Source: Circinaria calcarea
Lineage: Eukaryota
Length of the DNA: 43,680 nt
Assembly (NCBI GenBank): GCA_051942165.1
Contig: JAVECS010000020.1
Coordinates: 1 to 43,680, forward strand
Reading direction: 5' to 3'
Shown here: positions 36,368 through 43,680 of the stretch, piece after piece
How positions within the stretch are numbered: position 1 is the first letter of the stretch
How the letters are laid out: each line of letters starts with the position of its first letter
The notes under the pieces: model-generated
What the model saw: only the letters and a program-made list of their open reading frames with translations
Databases searched by the model: none
What the model was told of the DNA's origin: nothing
Program-made: the position numbers and the translations under genes

Positions 36368-39300
36368 ATGTCAGGTAATAGTCAAAATATTAGCGGCTTG
36401 TCTACAAGGAATCATTCTCGGCTCTTCGCTAGCCAGACTCGCGATGTGTATTTTGGAAATGTGAAAGTGAGTTGCGGTTAGCTGGCTGTGGCGGCGGAAC
36501 AATAGGAAGCTAACTGGCAGTCCAGATCTGAATGATGTGCTTAACTCTTTGCCCACTGTTGCCGACGCTCCCTTCAACGCACACCAGCGACAACACGACC
36601 CGGCCTGCCTTCCCGATACCCGCGTCGACCTCCTTCAAGAGATAAACAACTGGGCTGATGGGCAGGACGAACTATCAATCTACCGGCTAAGTGGGTTAGC
36701 TGGCATGGGCAAGTCGACAATTGCGCGCACTGTCGCCATCAGATACTTTGACCGGAATCGCCTCGGCGCAAGCTTCTTCTTCTCGCGCGGCGGTGGAGAT
36801 GTGGGCCATGCAGGCAAGTTCGTCACGAGTGTTGCATAGCAGCTGGCAAGCAGCATACCGACTCTTGGTTAACAGATATACGAAGCTCTCTCAGAACGCC
36901 GCGACATTGCAAGCCAATCTCTTCGCGACCAGTGGCGGCAACTCGTCCTGCGTCCGCTGTCGAGGCTGAACAAGAATGGTGATCAAGGCTTGTACGTTCT
37001 TGTTGTCGATGCTCTTAACAAATATAATAATAACGACAACATCCGGATCATCATAAACCTCTATGCTGAAGCTCAATCGTTGAAATCGATTGGACTACGT
37101 ATGTTCCTGACGAGCCAACCAGAGATTTCAATTCGATATGAATTCTCCAAGATGCCAGACGCTGAACACTAGGAGTTTATGCTTCACAACATATCATAAT
37201 CGACCGTAGATCACGATATCTCCGTTTTCTTCGAGCATAATCTTAAGCTTATTGAACAGGAGTACTCTCTAGATGCGGGTTGACCAGGCGAAGAGATTAT
37301 CAGAGGCTTAGTCAAGATTGTAGGAGAATTGTTCATCTGGGCCCCGACTGCCTGTCGATATATCCACGATGGGAAACAATTTGCCGCCAGAAGACTTGAG
37401 AAGGTTCTTCTGGGCAGTAACAACGTTCCCACAGCACCAGAGAAGCACCCATACGAGATTTGCACAACCGTGTTAGAGCAAACTGTCAGCTCAGAATATT
37501 CCGACTAAGAGAAAGAAGAAGCACATTGAAAGTTGAGAAAAGCCCGTGGCAGCATCGTTATTCTGCTTATGCCGCTTTCTGCATTATTCTTGAGCAAGCT
37601 ACTTGGTATCCAGAAAGACGATATCAACCAGACGCTGAACGACCTACACTCAGTCCTATATGTTCCGAAAGACCAAAGCGAGCCTCTTCGTTTTCACCAT
37701 CCATCATTTCGGGACTACCTTCTCAGCAAGGACAGCGCAAAAACTCAGACTTCTGCGTGGACGAGAAGTAAGCCCATCACACATTAGCAGACAGCTGTAT
37801 TGAGCTCATACCGATATCTCTCAGGCAAGACATCTGTGGCGTCGGTACTCCCGGCATGCTCATAGCGGACATGGAGAAAAGCCAAGTTGAGCGAAGCCTT
37901 CCTCATGAAGTTCGGTACGCATGTCTGTACTGGATCCAGCATGTTCAGAAGAGCGACGCCCAGCTTCGCGACAATGACCAAGTGCACCAGTTCTTGCAGG
38001 AGCGTCTCCTTCACTGGCTCGAGGCTCTTGGATGGATGGGGAAGATCTCTGAAGGAATTCATGCCATCGTTTCTCTCTCGTCTATGACTGCCGTAAGCCG
38101 GATTCAAGTCGAGTACAAATACTTGGCTAACCCATAGCTTAGATGCATACATGTCAACAGCTCTTCAATTTCGTTCACGACGTACCGCGATTCATCCTTT
38201 ACAACCGTTCAGCGATCGAGCTCGCTCCCTTTCAGGCATACTATAGCGCGCTCGTTTTCGCACCCAGTAACAACCTTACTCCTAAGCATTTTGGCATCGA
38301 AATGCCTAAGTGGCTCCAAAAAGCGACACATACACAGAAAGAATTAAGCCATGCAAACAGATACTTGAGCACCGTGCTCCGGTAAATGCTTCGAATGATA
38401 AGACGGTGAGAATCTGAGATTTCACAACAGGCGAATATAAGCGGACGCTTAAGGACCATTGTTATACAATTTATAACATAGCACCGTCTCCCGACGGTTA
38501 GCAGCTTGTGTCTGCTGGCAATAACAAAACAGTTCGGCTATGGGACGTGGCAACAGGTCAGTACGATTATATACTCGACAGCCATCGTGGTTCTGTCAAG
38601 GCCGTGGTTTTTTTATCTAACGGTAGATGGCTTGCGTCTGGTTCTAACGATAATACGGTACGGCTGCGGGATCCGAGAAAAGGCGAGTTCGAGCGGAAAC
38701 TCGAAGGTCATCGTTCTGGCGTCACGATATAGTATTTTCACCTAACAACTCCCTTCTTATATCTGCATCGAATGGCAAGACCCTGCGATTCTCGAAGGCA
38801 ACGACCGGCGAGTGTTGCCGTACACTTGAAGGCCATCGCTCGGATACGTACTCTATAACCTTCTCCCTTAGCGGTACGCTACTCGCATCTACTTCGAATA
38901 GTAAAACAATGCGGATTTGGGACACAGACGGGCCAGTATAAACATCATTGAAGGCCACGATTCCTATATCAGTTTAATAGTCTTCTCTTCCGACAAGCTA
39001 CGTCTTGCTTCCGGCTCAGACGATAAAACGTTATGGCTCTGGAACGTGAAAACTGGCAAGTATAAAAGAACCCTAAAAGGTCATCAAAATTCCGTCACAG
39101 CTGTAGCCTTTTCGCCCGACGGCCAGCAGCTAGCCTCCGCTTCTAAGGACCACATGGTACGTCTCTGGAATGCTAGAGGTGGATATAAGCAGAAAGCGCA
39201 AGGATATCTTGGCTGCGTAAACGTGGGTAACGTTCTCGCCGGATAGCCAGTGGCTTGCAACTGCTTCAGCGGATAAGACCGTACGCTTATGGGATACCAC

Positions 39301-40020
39301 GGCATACACTTATAAAGAGGTTCTTAAAGGCCACCGTTCCGATGTTAATACCCTGGCGTTCTCGTCGGACTGCAATCGGCTCGCATGAGCTTCAAAAGAC
39401 AAAACCATAAGGATATGAGAGATTCCCGAGGTAGTTTGTGAGCAAATACTAGAAGGCCACGACTCTTACGTCTATGTTGTGGCCTTCTCTCCCGACGGTC
39501 AGCAGATCGCGTCCGCCTCAAATAACGAGACTTTGCGTCTTTGAAACGTCGATACTGAGAGTTATAATCACGTACTTGAAGGTCATCGGGCTCCTGTTAC
39601 GGCTCCGTATTTCTGCCAGATTGCAGGCAGCTCGCGTCCGCTTCAAAGTACTAAATAGTTCGTTTTTAAGATACGGTCACAGGAGATTGCCTGAAGGTAC
39701 TCAATACAGAAATCGTACTAGGGTGGTCTTCCAAAGATAACCGGCTGCTTCAGGAAACTTCAAGACTGCTTCATTTTAACTCTTTCGAATCAGCTTCCGT
39801 TTCTAACGCATCTAAGAAATACGACTTAGTTCATGCTGTAACAAAATTAATCCGGACTAGCAGGTCGCTAAACAATAGATTGTTTTCCGGTACAGGCTAA
39901 GTCTTCCGAAATAGACAAAGGCTCCTTTGGTTACCACCTGACCGCCGACCTGTCTTTAGAGATATAATCGTCATTGGCAATGCTTCAGGTGGCATTACCT
40001 CTGTTGAATTTAAGCTTTAA
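36368..40020 (+). pseudogene. NACHT-WD40 NLR (HET-E/NWD-like) pseudogene
   Basis: CLPDTRVDLL, Walker A GLAGMGKSTIA, ASFFFSRG, decayed Walker B VVDALNKY, HPSFRDYL, RYACLYW, LHWLEAL and multiple WD40 repeats (LASGSDDKTLWLWN, GHQNSVTAVAFSPDG). Intron 36467-36520. Many stops and frameshifts. Confidence 0.93.
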
Positions 40021-40640
40021 GCGCAATTTTTCTAATGTAGGACCGTTTCAATTTTAATCTTTGGTACAAATGCCACCTACCTCTATTAATAAACTTTGTT
40101 AGCGCTGTTTATAGAGTATTTTTGCTTTCGGGGACATATCTGGAAGAGTTACGATCCTGGAAGTTACTTTATAACATTTTTTTCTTCTTCAACGCCTCCA
40201 CTGCAGGTGTGAGATCTTTATATACTGCATAAAAACACACGAGCGGCGACAGCAGCTGATGACTAATGTTTGATTAAAGTTCAAAAGCTTTGAAATCAAC
40301 TTGGGGCTCAAGGTGATAATGTAGCAACTAAGGAGATCGAAGTCGTGGCTGGTGCTGAAGTACTCGAGTAGTGCTGTTGTGGCGTCAAGATGCGGCGGAA
40401 GTTGAGAGTACGGTAGGTGTGGTGCGGTAAAAGAGAACCAGCTTATCTACTTCTACTGTATTGGAAGGATCTAATTGTTCTTAGAGTGTTCTTGGCACTA
40501 ACTGCATATAGTACCATAAGCACTGACGGCTAATGTCTTGGCAACTGGTTCGAAGCCAAAATTTAGGCCGATTTCGCTAGTGACTGTATATTCTGATCCG
40601 CTTTCTCCTAACGAGGTGGACTCCTATTTCCCATCTCTAT

Positions 40641-41120
40641 TTATGTTGCTAGACCCACCGATACGCGCAGGCCGCCCATCACGCTCAATCTCCGCCATTT
40701 TTTTTTGGCGTAGGCGGTATCCTTCTCCGCTCTCCCTTGCAACATGTGCCACCGTAGACGCACTGCTCCCGGAATTCTGTGAGGAAATTCGGAGAAGATC
40801 TTCGTCCATGGCCAGTGATCCGTCTTGTATGCTAACAAACGCTTCTCTTCCGTATGCGACCATCGGCCATGGCTTTTCGCGTTCGGCCGCTCCCCCCCCC
40901 CCCCCCCGCTAGAATACTCATTCTTGCCATTGTCGCTAACGGCCTCATCCTCGTCGGTCATTTCATCTTCCGATGGTCTCTGGTCGCCTTGTTCAATGCC
41001 GCTTTGTTCAACGGTTTGGACCTGAGGGGGTGTGTCACAGGAACCATAGATGATACCTCTAAGGAGCCACGTATCCGAGGCGGTTGATATCATCCAATTC
41101 CCCTAAATGACCAATACTGC
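40641..41120 (-). CDS. Myb/SANT-like domain protein, probably 5'-truncated by the adjacent Copia fragment
   Basis: RWSHTEEKRLL...WPWTKIFSEFPHRIPGAVRLRWHML has the three-Trp Myb pattern and follows an acidic linker. Confidence 0.75.
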
Positions 41121-41211
41121 TCTGAAGAATCGTGCTTGACGCCCGGCCTAGCAAACTCTTAGGTCCGCCCAGCAAACTGTCGTTGAACAGAAAGCCGCGC
41201 AAACTGCCTCT

Positions 41212-42453
41212 ATGCAGAAAGCCATATCCGAAACCTCGTCCTCTGAGGACACGCCCCCCGATACGCCTGTCACCACCGCGACCATCGAAGCAGATGGCTC
41301 GGTAGCTTCAGCATCATCCAGCCCTGGACATTCATACGCCATAATGGATTGTGCCCTGCAAGATCGCTCTGCCCTTCGTCTTCCAAGCCTCTCGCCCGAC
41401 CCACTCGGCATGTACGCTTTCGTAGCACACGCCGGCTCGGAACCCTATGGGCCAAAGACATACAAGCAGGAAAGAAACGAGGATATGCACTCGAATTTGG
41501 ACCAAGCTATGAAGGAAGAACTGATGTCGCTGTCGAAGAACAAGACCTGGTCCTTGACAGAACTCCCAAAGTCCAGTGCCGCCAGTAGTTCGGCAGTTCG
41601 CACTAATAGTTCATACTTCAGGGTAGCTGGACTGAACTGTCAGTGTAGTTTAGAGGTAGTGAACTGAACTGAACTATCAGTTTGAAGTGCAGTTCGGGCA
41701 CTAATTTTAGTGGAAATTAGATACAGGGAAAGTATTTTGGTCGCAGGGGTATTAGCTATTAACACCACGCTAAAGCCTATTAAAATCTCCGGTTATTTTA
41801 CTGATTTTACATGTTACTTACCTGCGTGCCGGCGTACTCTACGCGCTTTAGCTTACTTTTCTTCACACTATTCTGCGTATTATTCTTCTGCTAAATGGAT
41901 CCTTTACCGCTACGTTTACCTGCTTTCACCTCCGCCTCCGCCTTTGCTTCCGCCTCTGCTTCCGCCTTTGTGTCAAAATTGCCAAGAGGCTTACGAATAG
42001 CAAGAAGTGGGATCTATAAAGGTACTAAAGGCTGTAGTGGAGGAAGATAGTATTACGAAAGGGCGCGGAATATTAGACGTGTTATAGGCATCATGATTAG
42101 CAAGGGGGGCTTTCAAATTTACAATATATCTGCTTATTTGGAGCTCACTACGGTATATATAAGTCTTGGCAGCCCGAACTGAACTAACAATTCGAACCGC
42201 AGTTTAGACTTGCAGTTCAGTTTAGTATACTAAACCGAACTGGCAATTACAGTTCAGGCGCTAAACTGTACTGTTTGAACTACTAGCGGCGCTGGTGTTG
42301 CCCTTGGAGGCAAATAGGTTTGTAAACACAAACGAGAACCGGGGGAAGAGATCCTTCGCTATAAAGCACGGTGGGTAGTCCGAGGCTCCCAACCAACGAG
42401 AAGGACTGGATTAGGATGACACTTTTGCGTCTTTGGTGAAATTAAAGAACTAT
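41212..42453 (+). mobile_element. Copia reverse-transcriptase remnant interrupted by a TIR element
   Basis: PKTYKQ...AMKEELMSLSKNKTWSLTELPK, then the insertion, then VALGGK*VCKHKR...ILRYKARWVVRG...EGLD*DDTFASLVK. Confidence 0.88.
41574..42294. mobile_element. Non-autonomous TIR element (hAT-like ends), about 720 bp
   Basis: Imperfect TIRs CAGTGCCGCCAGTAGTTC / CAGCGCCGCTAGTAGTTC and dense GAACT/AGTTC subterminal repeats. It splits the Copia RT frame. No TSD recognised. Confidence 0.8.
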
Positions 42454-42512
42454 CAGTGTTCTCAATACCCCACCCCACCCCACCCCAGGCCTCTGGGGGT
42501 GGGGGGGTACCC
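42454..42512. repeat. Possible hAT-like terminus with CCCCA repeats and a hairpin
   Basis: RT homology stops exactly at CAGTGTTCTCAATA, followed by (CCCCA)4 and a complementary G-run. Confidence 0.45.
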
Positions 42513-43680
42513 CAGACGAGCCTCGGAGCCATAGTGCACACTTCTGGCTTATTACGGAGCATATCAAGGCACTAAAGCGCTGGTATGCATGGAACATAGG
42601 ATGGAGTTTCGAGAGATAGGGCTAGATATTCAACAACACTGGTTTTATGTAATCTCTCAATTCTTCATCTGTCGCCACTTTCTCTCTTGCCGCCACCCCC
42701 CAACGTCTTGATACCCACTCCCGACCCTCCGGGACCCTGTCGCTGTTTTCCATCTTATTTTCGCAACTCCTCCTCCCCATTCCCACCCTCGGCGACGACA
42801 GAGGGAGGCCGCGCGGCCTTACGAGCCTTGCTTGGCCCCCAATCTTCGTACCGGCTCTGAAGTACATGCACGGCGAGAAGAGCAGGATGCCAAAAAGAAT
42901 CATGATTTAGGGCGGAACCGATGTGTATTTGATAATGTTAATATCGTTACCGCATCGGAATGGTCTATAACTCCTGGAAAATCGGTGAATGATAGGGTCG
43001 TCAGAACCAGAATTAGATAAATATAATAATTAGATATAATTTCCAATAGGAACTTTTGGACTATCTACGTTAATCAGAATAAGAGAATTTAACTTGTATT
43101 GTACTTGACCTCTAATTATTCTCGCCCGGGTCGTACTTCTCGTACGACCCATTAGGGTTCGGAATAGCGAGTTAGGACCATTTTAAGATTTTTATAATAT
43201 TATTCTTGATTATAATAATGGTAAACAGATAGTTCACCGGATTTCGGACTGTTCACAGTCCCAACAGCTTATCATTCGATGCGCCGTCCTCTGTCGTATC
43301 CACTGTACCTTCATAGGCATGCTTCTTGTGGAGAAAGATCTTAAAAACCCACGGGTTTTTGGTTTCGCTTTCCACTAAATTTATCTCAAGTGGCACTGTT
43401 GCAATTAATAAGTCTAGAGAGCAAATGCGCAGTTTCAGGGCTTACACGGGTGCAATAGCCTGTTTCACGGGGTACCTTCATCTAATTCAAACCTTGTGTG
43501 AGCAGCTAAGGCTATAGAGTCGTTTATATGAGAAGCTCACCTCATATCCTTTATTAAAGAGCATTTCCCTGTACTCTGGTCGTTCAAGACAACTATCTTG
43601 AATAACAGGACATTAAGATCTTCGATTCCAATATGTCTGGGTTTCTTGTAAGATTGCAATAGTCCAATCGGTACAGCGGA

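Noticed and set aside
42600..43680. Possible spliced gene on the minus strand (…GTKIGGQARLVRPRG…EWVSRRW…)
   Set aside because: It looks protein-like, but I cannot assign a family or build a consistent exon model.
1..43680. Starship captain (DUF3435 tyrosine recombinase), tRNA, 5S rRNA or telomeric repeats
   Set aside because: Looked for by eye and not found. A heavily decayed copy could have been missed without an HMM search.

Overview
Fungal (filamentous ascomycete; probably Eurotiomycetes, by inference) genomic DNA. The left edge holds the 5' end of a conserved bZIP transcription-factor gene. Almost everything from about 0.7 kb onward is a decaying accessory island. Conflict-type genes: a Spok (spore-killer)-like coiled-coil/PD-(D/E)xK nuclease/Cys-cluster/kinase gene with 5' lesions; a FunK1/Sgk2-type nuclease-kinase gene split by a solo LTR, plus a second FunK1 fragment; and a RIP-damaged NACHT-WD40 NLR whose short N-terminus resembles a HET-s-type amyloid signalling motif. 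Other cargo: an F-box/ankyrin gene, a degenerate ATP-grasp-like gene, a tandem KilA-N (APSES-like) pseudogene, a truncated Myb/SANT gene and one apparently intact forkhead gene. Transposon debris includes two Copia remnants, MULE remnants, a Helitron Rep/PIF1 remnant, a Tc1/mariner fragment, several MITEs, solo LTRs and hAT-like ends. The most unusual structure is three shared non-coding modules (A, B, C; A contains tandem ~50-bp palindromic units). They recur around the nuclease-kinase genes in an order consistent with kinase->A->B->C->kinase. The gene content resembles Starship cargo, but no tyrosine-recombinase captain is visible. All family calls come from motif recognition by eye; no searches were run.
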